The notes under the pieces are model-generated. The model made no database searches and was not told where the DNA came from. It saw only the letters and a list, made by a program, of their open reading frames with translations. 36,358 bases of DNA from a bacterium (GTDB taxonomy: Bacteria; Bacteroidota; Ignavibacteria; Kapaibacteriales; UBA7675), in the NCBI GenBank assembly GCA_030426285.1, contig JAUHYX010000003.1:1-36358 (forward strand), read 5' to 3'. The translations under genes and the position numbers were made by a program. Positions 1-8,389 of this stretch are shown here, piece after piece (position 1 is the first letter of the stretch; the number at the start of each line of letters is the position of its first letter).

Positions 1-2054
1 AAGGAGACAACAGGTTCTACTGATGTTGCAACGGTTTCGTCGATTTCCGGATGAATCATTTCGTATGCCTGAGCATCGTTTGCAACAACAATAGACGATG
101 TTGCTGATACATCTTGATATCCAGAATTAGTACGTGCGCGAATTCGTACGATTGCTTGTGTAGAACTCACGCCAGGAACCGTCCAGTCATACGAGCCAAG
201 ACCGTATGACACACTGTGTTTGATTGTAAACCAAGAAGCTCCGTTGTCAGGCGAATACTCCAACCTGATGTTGTTGACAAGTGCCGCCGACCAGCTAATC
301 GTGGTAACCGAGCCAGCATAAAGTGTTTGAGGGGTTGTGAGCGATGTGAGACTGAGATATCCATTAACAGAATTCTCAGTATACAATTGGTGACTCTTTA
401 CATTGTTTTCCGGATTGTCGTCGCTGTCAACCACCAACTCCGCTTCTACGCTCCACGAAGCAGATGTCGAGAGTGAGAACGCGCTCATTGCAATTCGCTG
501 TACAGCTCCCGGCTGCAAATGCACAGAGTCTGAGTCTGTGTATGCCAAATCGCCGTTATCGTCATATACGCTCAATGTGAGCAACCCTTCGTTGAAGTCT
601 GTACCGTTGTTGCTCACGGTCACGAGCGGAGTCATAGAAGTATTGCGTTTGTACAATCCGCCTGGGGCAGGAGTTTCAATATCTTGCACGACTACGTCAT
701 CATCAAACACACCGCGTTCTTCGTAAACACAAGAGGCCGATTCCATCTGATTGCGGATATGTGTAGCAACCACCGGATGCATTTTTAACATCTTGCCGGT
801 AGATCTCAAATGACAATAGGACATGGTTGTACCCAAAACAGCAGTATAACCGCTAAAGCAGCCGCCTTCAGCAGTATAACATGAATCGATGGCAGGCGAC
901 CAATTGCAATTGTGCGTGTGGCGCGATCCCAGATTGTGCCCGGTTTCATGAGCACACACGTCAATGTCCCATGCATAGCCACTGACAGGAAAATTTTGAT
1001 TCGAATGCACTCCTGAAACAGCGAATCCATATCCACTTATTTTACTGCCGCATGCAACAGTTGAGCCGCCACCACCAATCCATGCAATGCCGCCAATGCC
1101 ACTTACTCCCGACAACAAATGCACAAGGGCTCGATCGCGGTCTTGCTCATTGGTATTCCAATAACTGCGAACATCACTAAGCATTGTGCTGATATCAGAA
1201 TTGTGAAATGGGTCAGAAGACGTCCAAATTCTGACAAATGGGACATGTATTTCTATGTTTACATCGCGCTTGTATAGCGTACTTACGGCTCCAAAAAGTG
1301 CTTGGGCATAGAGGACACTTCTTGTTAGATCTGAACCATTGTCACCGTAGTAGTACGTATCGCCTTCGATAGCTACGTCAACAACCAATGTTTCAGTTGT
1401 CTGAATTGCGTCCACCTGAAGACTCTTACGAGCTTGCATTGCACGCGTGGCAAACAGTTCGTCACCACTGTGATATTCCGGCAACTCCTCGGCTCGGCAC
1501 AAATCTTCATCTGTTGAAGGTTGCGATTCTTCCATCCGTATGTGAGTAATTCCAAACTCATCAAGTACGGGCGAAAGCGAATACCGTACCGGTACGCCGT
1601 CCTCTTGAACTTCAATCACGCCGGTGATGAATTCAGGGTGAATGGCCAGAACAACGGTGCTACCATTGCGCCCCATCACTGAACCGCGAAACATTTTTGC
1701 TCGTTCAGGAAAAAACGGGGTTTCGCCAGACACGCTCTGCGCTACAAACTCAGTGGTTTGGGTAAATACGTCAAAGTGCTCGAGTAGACACTCAAAGCGT
1801 ACTCCGTTGCCCGCGAGGGTGATGTTGAGTCGCTCGCCCAACTGAAAATCACGATGATAATACTCCAATATCTCTGCCACAGGAATATCTGAGTCTGGTG
1901 TTCTCAACCACGGCTGAGCTGCTTGTGAACCATAAGACTTCACGCCAACATCGGCCGCCGCTGCTCGTAAATTGGGCAGTTGTCCGTACATTTGTGGCGT
2001 ACAGAGTATAGCTAGTAGCAAGATCATTGATACGTGAAGTAACCGCAGCTTCAT
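1..2054 (-). CDS. Secreted M12/reprolysin-like zinc metalloprotease with C-terminal beta-sandwich domains (3' end runs off the window)
   Basis: Manual translation from ATG at 2054 gives MKLRLLHVSMILLLAILCTPQMYGQ (signal peptide). The same frame holds the zincin motif HETGHNLGSRH (918-950) and Met-turn GTTMSYCH, then Ig-like segments (IRLEYSPDNGASWFTI...YDWTVP) open to position 1. Absent from the ORF track, presumably because no stop lies in the window. Confidence 0.88.
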   Translation of the reverse strand, partial: MKLRLLHVSMILLLAILCTPQMYGQLPNLRAAAADVGVKSYGSQAAQPWLRTPDSDIPVAEILEYYHRDFQLGERLNITLAGNGVRFECLLEHFDVFTQTTEFVAQSVSGETPFFPERAKMFRGSVMGRNGSTVVLAIHPEFITGVIEVQEDGVPVRYSLSPVLDEFGITHIRMEESQPSTDEDLCRAEELPEYHSGDELFATRAMQARKSLQVDAIQTTETLVVDVAIEGDTYYYGDNGSDLTRSVLYAQALFGAVSTLYKRDVNIEIHVPFVRIWTSSDPFHNSDISTMLSDVRSYWNTNEQDRDRALVHLLSGVSGIGGIAWIGGGGSTVACGSKISGYGFAVSGVHSNQNFPVSGYAWDIDVCAHETGHNLGSRHTHNCNWSPAIDSCYTAEGGCFSGYTAVLGTTMSYCHLRSTGKMLKMHPVVATHIRNQMESASCVYEERGVFDDDVVVQDIETPAPGGLYKRNTSMTPLVTVSNNGTDFNEGLLTLSVYDDNGDLAYTDSDSVHLQPGAVQRIAMSAFSLSTSASWSVEAELVVDSDDNPENNVKSHQLYTENSVNGYLSLTSLTTPQTLYAGSVTTISWSAALVNNIRLEYSPDNGASWFTIKHSVSYGLGSYDWTVPGVSSTQAIVRIRARTNSGYQDVSATSSIVVANDAQAYEMIHPEIDETVATSVEPVVS

Positions 2055-2198
2055 TTTCGAATATCCTTCAAGGTGGCTCGTCTATATGTACATGGTGAAA
2101 TTTCACCCAAAACGCAAACTATCACTGTTCTCTGAAACTTCTATTGTGCCGAGTTGCATTGGCGAAGTTTCTTTTGTTCTACTTTCAGAAATCGAAAC

Positions 2199-3227
2199 AT
2201 GCTTGTCACCCAGCGCGACTATTCTCTAAAAAAACACAATACCTTTGGTATAGATTGTACCTGTGCAGAGTTTGTCATAGCAGAGCATGAGTCGGAATGG
2301 GCGGAAATTGTAGACAGAAGTTCTGAATACGAGCGGCCCCTTCTTGTTTTGGGCGAGGGCAGCAATGTACTTTTTGGTACGCACTACAATGGCGTTGTAG
2401 CGCAACACGGGCCAGGCGATGTTGAGATTTCGGATATCGATGACCACATTTCTCATGTCACAGCTGGAGCCGGTGCAAACTGGCATAGTTTGGTTCAATA
2501 TTGCGTAGTCAGCAAGCTTGGTGGCATTGAGAATTTGGCTCTGATTCCTGGTTCTGTCGGCGCCGCACCGGTACAGAACATCGGAGCGTATGGTGTAGAA
2601 TTGTGCGACGTGTTGGTTTCGGTGCGCGGTTATGACATTCCATCTGGTGACATGTGTGAGTTGCAAGCCAGTGAGTGCAACTTTGGTTATCGCGACAGTA
2701 TTTTCAAACGCGAATTGGCTGGCAAATTCATTATAACGTCGGTCACATTGCGGTTGCAGAAACACAGTAGCCCGAACATCAGCTATGGTGCCCTCAGAGC
2801 GCAAATTGAATCGTTACACCCCGAAAAACCAATCGATATTGCCGCGGTCTATGACGCTGTTTGTGCCGTGAGAATCAGCAAACTACCAGTGCCAAGTCTC
2901 GTCGGAAATGCCGGTAGTTTTTTCAAGAATCCCATCGTTGAACTCGATGTGCTCAAACGCTTGCAAACAAAGCATAACACTGTACCCAACTACCCCATTT
3001 CAGAATCTCATGTAAAAATTCCAGCCGGTTGGCTTATTGACCAAGCTGGTTGGAAGTCATACCGCAAAGGCGATGCCGGCGTTTGGCCGCACCAAGCCTT
3101 GGTACTTGTCAATTACGGCAGCGCTACTGGTGCTGAGATTGATGCACTAGCCAACGACATAGTTGCCGATGTATCGCACAAGTTTGACATTGCGCTAGAA
3201 CGAGAGGTCCGCAACGAAGTTCGTTAG
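2199..3227 (+). CDS. murB: UDP-N-acetylenolpyruvoylglucosamine reductase
   Basis: SLKKHNTFGI, LGEGSNVLF, GIENLALIPGSVGAAPVQNIGAYG, GNAGSFFKNP, QALVLVN, LEREV motifs; ATG at 2199 preferred over the TTG at 2154. Confidence 0.96.
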   Translation: MLVTQRDYSLKKHNTFGIDCTCAEFVIAEHESEWAEIVDRSSEYERPLLVLGEGSNVLFGTHYNGVVAQHGPGDVEISDIDDHISHVTAGAGANWHSLVQYCVVSKLGGIENLALIPGSVGAAPVQNIGAYGVELCDVLVSVRGYDIPSGDMCELQASECNFGYRDSIFKRELAGKFIITSVTLRLQKHSSPNISYGALRAQIESLHPEKPIDIAAVYDAVCAVRISKLPVPSLVGNAGSFFKNPIVELDVLKRLQTKHNTVPNYPISESHVKIPAGWLIDQAGWKSYRKGDAGVWPHQALVLVNYGSATGAEIDALANDIVADVSHKFDIALEREVRNEVR

Positions 3228-3251
3228 AGCAGTTGCCTGTTCCCAACTGGT

Positions 3252-3959
3252 TTACTTGGAATCTTTGCTTGACTTGCTGCGAATTTTCAGGTTGAGCATT
3301 TCTACGAACAAACTGAACGCCATCGCGAAATACACATATCCTTTTGGTACATGAATCTGCACAGATTCAACAACCAGCAGCAATCCGATCATCAACAAAA
3401 ATGATAGAGCCAACATTTTCATGGTTGGATGCTTTTCGATGAATTCACTCACCGATTTAGCAAATACGACCATGACAATCATAGCCAACACTACTGCTAC
3501 CACCATGACGGTTAAGTTGTCTACCAATCCGATTGCAGTAATGACACTGTCGAGAGAAAACACGAGGTCGAGTACGGCAATCTGTCCAATAATGGCACCA
3601 AACGACACCACTTTCGATTTCGTGCGCTGCTCATCGTCGCCTTCAATTTTGTGGTGAATCTCAAGCGTACTTTTCCCGATCAAAAACAGTCCACCACCCA
3701 ACAGAATAAGGTCGCGCCCAGCAAAGCCCATATCAAACACAGTAAACAGAGGTTCGGTGAGACCAATGAGCCAAGAGAGTGCGGCAAGCAAGCCGACACG
3801 TAGCAACAGAGCCACTCCTAAACCAATGCGACGTGCCTTTTCACGACTCTCTTCGGGAAGCCTTCCTACCAGAATTGAGATGAATACAATGTTGTCTATC
3901 CCCAGCACAATTTCCATGGCGGTGAGCGTGAGTAGACTAATAAGTAATTCTGATTCCAT
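3252..3959 (-). CDS. TerC family integral membrane protein
   Basis: EIVLGIDNIVFISI, DLVFSLDSVITAIG, HPTMKMLALSFL, VPKGYVYFAMAFS motifs; multiple TM helices. Confidence 0.93.
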   Translation of the reverse strand: MESELLISLLTLTAMEIVLGIDNIVFISILVGRLPEESREKARRIGLGVALLLRVGLLAALSWLIGLTEPLFTVFDMGFAGRDLILLGGGLFLIGKSTLEIHHKIEGDDEQRTKSKVVSFGAIIGQIAVLDLVFSLDSVITAIGLVDNLTVMVVAVVLAMIVMVVFAKSVSEFIEKHPTMKMLALSFLLMIGLLLVVESVQIHVPKGYVYFAMAFSLFVEMLNLKIRSKSSKDSK

Positions 3960-3963
3960 CCTG

Positions 3964-6129
3964 CTATCTCAAATACAATGTCACTGTTCCAGTAGTACCG
4001 CGCGGCCATTCGGCGCGACGCACAAAGCCACTCCCAACCACTCTCGACGCATATCCGAGCTCGTGCACAATACGCATAGCGTAGCGCGAACTCATGCCTC
4101 GAACGTCGGGGTGACGATCGAATGATGTGGTGTGACCATCGCTGATCAGCACGCTGTCGCGCTGCTCTTGTGAGAGCGACACAACGCTACTCGTTACATG
4201 AGTTCCCTTGGCCAATCGCGTGCCAGGGGCAATCTTTTGAGAAACGATGTACCCTTCAGGCAAGCCAAGTGGTAGGCGCAATCCAATAGGCCCTAGGTTT
4301 TCACGAGCTTCCGCAACAGTCATACCGATAATTAGCGGCATTGTTGCAGAATCACCGTTCGAATTCTGAGATTCTTCACGTTGCGTTTTTCGGTCAATTG
4401 TCACACTTCCAGAAGCAGCCAAGCGACGCGCAATTTTTCCAAATATTGGTGCGGAAACAGCACCGCCATAAAACCCGCGTTTTGGTCTATCGAGCATCAC
4501 AACCATCGCTATCTGCGGATTTTCCGCAGGAAAGAAGCCGGCAAACGACGAAGTATAGTATCCGCGTGCATACTTTCCATCTACAAGTTGTTGAGCCGTT
4601 CCAGTTTTGCCCGCAATGTGCATGCCCTGCACAGCGGCCATTGTTCCAGTTCCGTCTTTCACCACCTGTACAAGCATCGAAGTAACTGAGTCACATGTCG
4701 ACTTCGAGACAACTCTGCGAATTTGCTGTGGCGAAACTTCTCGCATGTCGCCGTCATCCGACACTGCTTTGATGATATACGGCTTCATCACTAATCCACC
4801 ATTGGCGATAGCGGCGTATGCACTTGTAAGTTGTAGCGCTGTTACGGCCAATTGATACCCATGTGCCATATACATTTTTGTTGTCTTGTCGTACTGGCGT
4901 GGCTTCTTGACAATGCCGCGCACTTCACCCGGAAGGTCAACTCCGGAGTATATCCCAAAACCAAAGTCGCGGACATACTTGTAAAACTTCATGTCTGAGA
5001 ATTGTTGTGACTGCGTTGCGAACACGACATTCGACGACTGTACAAGCGCATCTCGGAATGTTGCAGAATCAATGGGGTGATCGTCTTCAATCGTCACATC
5101 GCCATACTCATACTTTCCGCCATACGTTTCAACAGTGTCTGATGGCGTGAGCAATCCTTCCTCCAACAACATTGCGGCCATGATAGTCTTGAACGTAGAA
5201 CCAGGCTCATACATGTCATTTATGGCTCGGTTGCGCATCTGCTCGTTAGTGGCTTCGGTAAAATTGTTCGGATCAAAGCCCGGATATGAAGCGATTGCTA
5301 GGATTTCTCCAGTGTTTGGCTGCAATGCAACCACAGTTCCTGACAACGCGCCACTTGCGCCAATTCCGGCCAACAACTCACTTTCAACAATGCCCTGCAT
5401 GCTCATATCCAATGTCAGCTGAATATCGCGGCCATTGCGAGGTTGAATGAGAGGTGCGTCTGAGGTTGGACGCAGTTTTCCGCGACCGTCGCGCTGCAAA
5501 ATTGTATACCCGGGAGCGCCTTTGAGCAGCGTATCGGCTTCCAACTCTAACCCCGAAACACCGCGATTATCGATGTCAGTGAAGCCAACAACTTGGGCAG
5601 CGCGGTGTTGGTGGGCGTATGTGCGACGCTTTTCCCACGTGCGGATGAGTCCTTCATCCTTCATATCTGCCAACGGCGAGAGATGCACTTCGTCGAGAGC
5701 GCGCTCAAGCCATACAAATGAACCAGTAGAGCGTTGAATTTTCTGCGTGTACACAGAGTCCGGCTTGCCCGTGATCGCGCTGAGTTGACGTGCTATCGAA
5801 TCGGGATATTCGACCATGTTGGGATCAACGGCAATGGACATGCGAGAGATAGTCAGTGCGATGCTGTTGCCGTTGCGATCAAGCATTCTGCCTCGATCAG
5901 GAGCGAGTCGTACTTTTTGTTCATACTGCCGGCGTCCCGCCGCACGGTGCTCATCGGCACTGAGGATCTGCAGGTCAAACAAGCGGTACACCAATGCACA
6001 AAGCATCAGCGAAAACACGACAAAGACCACGCGTAATTTGAGACGTCCCTTGACCGGTGCTGGTACTGGACGCATTTCTTCCATGGGGTCGGGATTGGGC
6101 AGGCCGCTATCGTCTAGCCCGTCATTCAT
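3964..6129 (-). CDS. ftsI: Class B penicillin-binding protein (FtsI/PBP3-type transpeptidase) with C-terminal PASTA-like domains
   Basis: N-terminal TM, RGRMLDRNG dimerisation motif, EPGSTFK (SxxK), QSSNV (SxN), GKTGTAQ (KTG); PASTA-like MPLIIGMTVAEA and HPDVRGMSSRYA; directly follows an ftsL-like gene. Confidence 0.88.
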   Translation of the reverse strand: MNDGLDDSGLPNPDPMEEMRPVPAPVKGRLKLRVVFVVFSLMLCALVYRLFDLQILSADEHRAAGRRQYEQKVRLAPDRGRMLDRNGNSIALTISRMSIAVDPNMVEYPDSIARQLSAITGKPDSVYTQKIQRSTGSFVWLERALDEVHLSPLADMKDEGLIRTWEKRRTYAHQHRAAQVVGFTDIDNRGVSGLELEADTLLKGAPGYTILQRDGRGKLRPTSDAPLIQPRNGRDIQLTLDMSMQGIVESELLAGIGASGALSGTVVALQPNTGEILAIASYPGFDPNNFTEATNEQMRNRAINDMYEPGSTFKTIMAAMLLEEGLLTPSDTVETYGGKYEYGDVTIEDDHPIDSATFRDALVQSSNVVFATQSQQFSDMKFYKYVRDFGFGIYSGVDLPGEVRGIVKKPRQYDKTTKMYMAHGYQLAVTALQLTSAYAAIANGGLVMKPYIIKAVSDDGDMREVSPQQIRRVVSKSTCDSVTSMLVQVVKDGTGTMAAVQGMHIAGKTGTAQQLVDGKYARGYYTSSFAGFFPAENPQIAMVVMLDRPKRGFYGGAVSAPIFGKIARRLAASGSVTIDRKTQREESQNSNGDSATMPLIIGMTVAEARENLGPIGLRLPLGLPEGYIVSQKIAPGTRLAKGTHVTSSVVSLSQEQRDSVLISDGHTTSFDRHPDVRGMSSRYAMRIVHELGYASRVVGSGFVRRAEWPRGTTGTVTLYLR

Positions 6130-6356
6130 CGGAAATGCGAATTCGCTGAGGAGGCACAACAGACTGCACGAGGCCTAAGTGTTTGCGAGCAAATGCGGCC
6201 ACGCGTTCGGGGGACTGCAACTGCAATAGCATTGCTGACAAAAAGAGCAATCATGCCAGCCGAAAAAATGATGAGACCTAGCATACTCCATCTGTTCAGA
6301 ACGGTGCGTTGGCGCCGCAATGGAGCGGGTTCAGAAATATGCGAAGGTTGATTCAT
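6122..6356 (-). pseudogene. ftsL: ftsL-like cell division gene, frameshifted and apparently lacking its coiled-coil (or an assembly error)
   Basis: The frame from 6356 gives a cytoplasmic tail plus TM helix up to ...FVSNAIAV. The +1 frame from 6223 reads QLQSPERVAAFARKHLGLVQSVVPPQRIRISDE* (FtsL/DivIC-type C-terminal motif), and its stop overlaps the ftsI ATG. The junction is at a CTGCAA-CTGCAA direct repeat (6215-6226). Confidence 0.75.
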
Positions 6357-6367
6357 CAGAAGCGTAT

Positions 6368-7546
6368 TTACATGCCAAATGCTGAGTCGACAGCTTCAGG
6401 GGTTTCAATCCAGTCGGCAACAAAAATATTTGTAGCGCGAGTTGGAGTTCCAGACGCAACTCTATTCGAAGAGAACACGATTTTTGAGCCATCATACGAG
6501 AACATCGGGAATGCCGAGAAAACCGCATCCGAATTAGTCAGCTTTTCGAGCCCGGTGCCATCGAGGTTGATTCTAAAAATGTCGAAGAAACGACCGCCCT
6601 TTGCCATCCATTCGTGATTGGAGCAGAACAACAAGCTCTCTCCATCTGGATGCATAAACGGAGCCCAATTGGCGCCCGGCAGATCTGTTACTTGCACGAC
6701 ATTGCTGCCGTCGATATCCGCAACAAACACGTTCAGAGCTTTTGGCTCAACCAATCCTTCATCTAGGAGCTTTTTGTATTCAGTTGCTGCTTCGCCTTCT
6801 GGGCGCGAGGCACGCCAGATAATTTTTTTGCTGTCGCGCGAGAAAAACGCACCGCCATCATAGCCAAGCGTGTTGGTGAGTTGCAACAAATCTCCCGTTG
6901 CCATTTCATAGCGCCACAATTCTAAGTCGCCCGAGCGCGTACTCGTGAAAATAAGGTATTTACCATCTGGAGAAACAGTGGCTTCCGCATCGTAACCTGG
7001 TCCACCAATAAGAACTTCGCGGTTGTTGCCATCGGCGTCAGACACATAAATATCATACGAATCGAAAATAGGCCACACGTATCGCTGCATGTTGTGATCG
7101 TGAGTTGGACATGCATCGCCACCGCTTTCAGTTGAGCCAAACACAACACGTCCATCTGCCAAGAAATAGCTACATGTTGTGCGCCCGAGGTTTGGCGAAA
7201 TCTGCTTGTACTTCACACCGGGTTCAACATCGGTTCCATCGGCATTCATCACATAGATTTGGTCGCAGCCTTTGTCGTTGATTTCGGACCAGTCGCTCTG
7301 AAACACCAATTGTTTGTCGTCGAAGCTCCAATACGCCTCGGCATTGTTACCGCCAAATGTCAATTGCTTCACATTTCTAAAATGCAGTTCACCCGGCAAA
7401 CGCAAAGAATCAGTTGAAGGATCATAGGATTGTTCCATTACCTCCTGTTCTGCCGGTTCGTCGAAAGACGGTTTCTCTTCTGTTGGTGAGCACGAGAGAA
7501 CCAATCCCATGGTACCGAGAGTCAAAAGGGATGAAAGAGTACGCAT
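6368..7546 (-). CDS. PD40/TolB-like beta-propeller lipoprotein
   Basis: Lipobox LVLSC; repeated PD40 motifs NAEAYWSFDDKQLVFQS, DAEATVSPDGKYLIFTS, DGGAFFSRDSKKIIW, PMFSYDGSKIVFSSNR. Confidence 0.88.
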   Translation of the reverse strand: MRTLSSLLTLGTMGLVLSCSPTEEKPSFDEPAEQEVMEQSYDPSTDSLRLPGELHFRNVKQLTFGGNNAEAYWSFDDKQLVFQSDWSEINDKGCDQIYVMNADGTDVEPGVKYKQISPNLGRTTCSYFLADGRVVFGSTESGGDACPTHDHNMQRYVWPIFDSYDIYVSDADGNNREVLIGGPGYDAEATVSPDGKYLIFTSTRSGDLELWRYEMATGDLLQLTNTLGYDGGAFFSRDSKKIIWRASRPEGEAATEYKKLLDEGLVEPKALNVFVADIDGSNVVQVTDLPGANWAPFMHPDGESLLFCSNHEWMAKGGRFFDIFRINLDGTGLEKLTNSDAVFSAFPMFSYDGSKIVFSSNRVASGTPTRATNIFVADWIETPEAVDSAFGM

Positions 7547-7627
7547 AATCTGTCCGTAATAATGAAAAAAACGCAGTGATTCAGCACACACTACGCCGTT
7601 GAACGCGCACCTAATAGTCGGAAAGCC

Positions 7628-7999
7628 CTACAACAACTGCTCTCCGAGGCGCTTGCCAATCACCACCCCGACAAAGGCAGTAATAATGCTTCCACAAATA
7701 TACGCAGCAGCGAGGAAAATCTTTTTGTCTTCTAACAATGAGAGTGATTCGAGTGAGAACGTGGAAAACGTGGTAAATCCACCACAAAAGCCAACGACCA
7801 GAAACAGCCGCATGGTTTCGTGCTTTTGCGTCAACAAAAACACCCCCGCGAGCACACCAATCAGCAGCGACCCCACAGCATTAACTAGCAGTGTGGCAAG
7901 CGGAAATTTACCCACCTGAAGCGGCAACAAGAGATTCACCCCATAACGAGCAATCGAACCCAACCCACCGCCAAGAAATACGAACAACACATTCTTCAT
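7628..7999 (-). CDS. crcB: Fluoride efflux channel Fluc/CrcB
   Basis: VFLGGGLGSIARY, FPLATLLVN, GFCGGFTTFSTF signature. Confidence 0.96.
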   Translation of the reverse strand: MKNVLFVFLGGGLGSIARYGVNLLLPLQVGKFPLATLLVNAVGSLLIGVLAGVFLLTQKHETMRLFLVVGFCGGFTTFSTFSLESLSLLEDKKIFLAAAYICGSIITAFVGVVIGKRLGEQLL

Positions 8000-8181
8000 G
8001 GTTGCAATATGCAAAAGAATAGGCTGGCAATAAGACAGATATACTTGAAACTACTGGCTAAAGGCGAGGCAAACTAATGTCGGCATTGTCTGCTACGAAT
8101 ACGTTATTTCCACAACAGAATAAAACCAAGAACTTGCATGACAAGTACTAGATTTTTGTCAGTGAAATGTATATTGGGCAT

Positions 8182-8274
8182 AGAATAAGAAGGCGCCCAG
8201 CCGGTTATAGTCCGTAAGTTATTCCCGGCCGAACGCACATCAAAGGGAGATCCGAAAGGTTCTCCCTCTTTTTT
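8182..8274 (+). ncRNA. Candidate small RNA or attenuator: stem-loop followed by an intrinsic terminator
   Basis: TATATT (-10-like) at 8170-8175; GCCGG(8200-8204)/CCGGC(8225-8229) stem; terminator AGGGAGAtCC-GAAA-GGtTCTCCCT then a T run; no + strand gene upstream to terminate. Confidence 0.45.
8244..8274 (+). terminator. Rho-independent terminator
   Basis: AGGGAGA-TCC-GAAA-GGT-TCTCCCT followed by CTTTTTT. Confidence 0.8.
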
Positions 8275-8389
8275 GTTTAATCCAGTTAACTGTGATTAGT
8301 CACATTGAAACAAAACATCTGTTTTGGTAGTACGTTTGTTCATAATTGAACCGCTGGAAACTGTACAACGAGCGTTATAAGAGCATTAC

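Noticed and set aside
6368-7546. Calling the PD40 lipoprotein tolB
   Set aside because: No TolB N-terminal domain is recognisable and there are no tolQRA/pal neighbours.
8000-8300. Fluoride riboswitch upstream of crcB
   Set aside because: I found no GGCGATGG...GCTGATG-like consensus on the minus strand; the structured element present is on the plus strand and points away from crcB.
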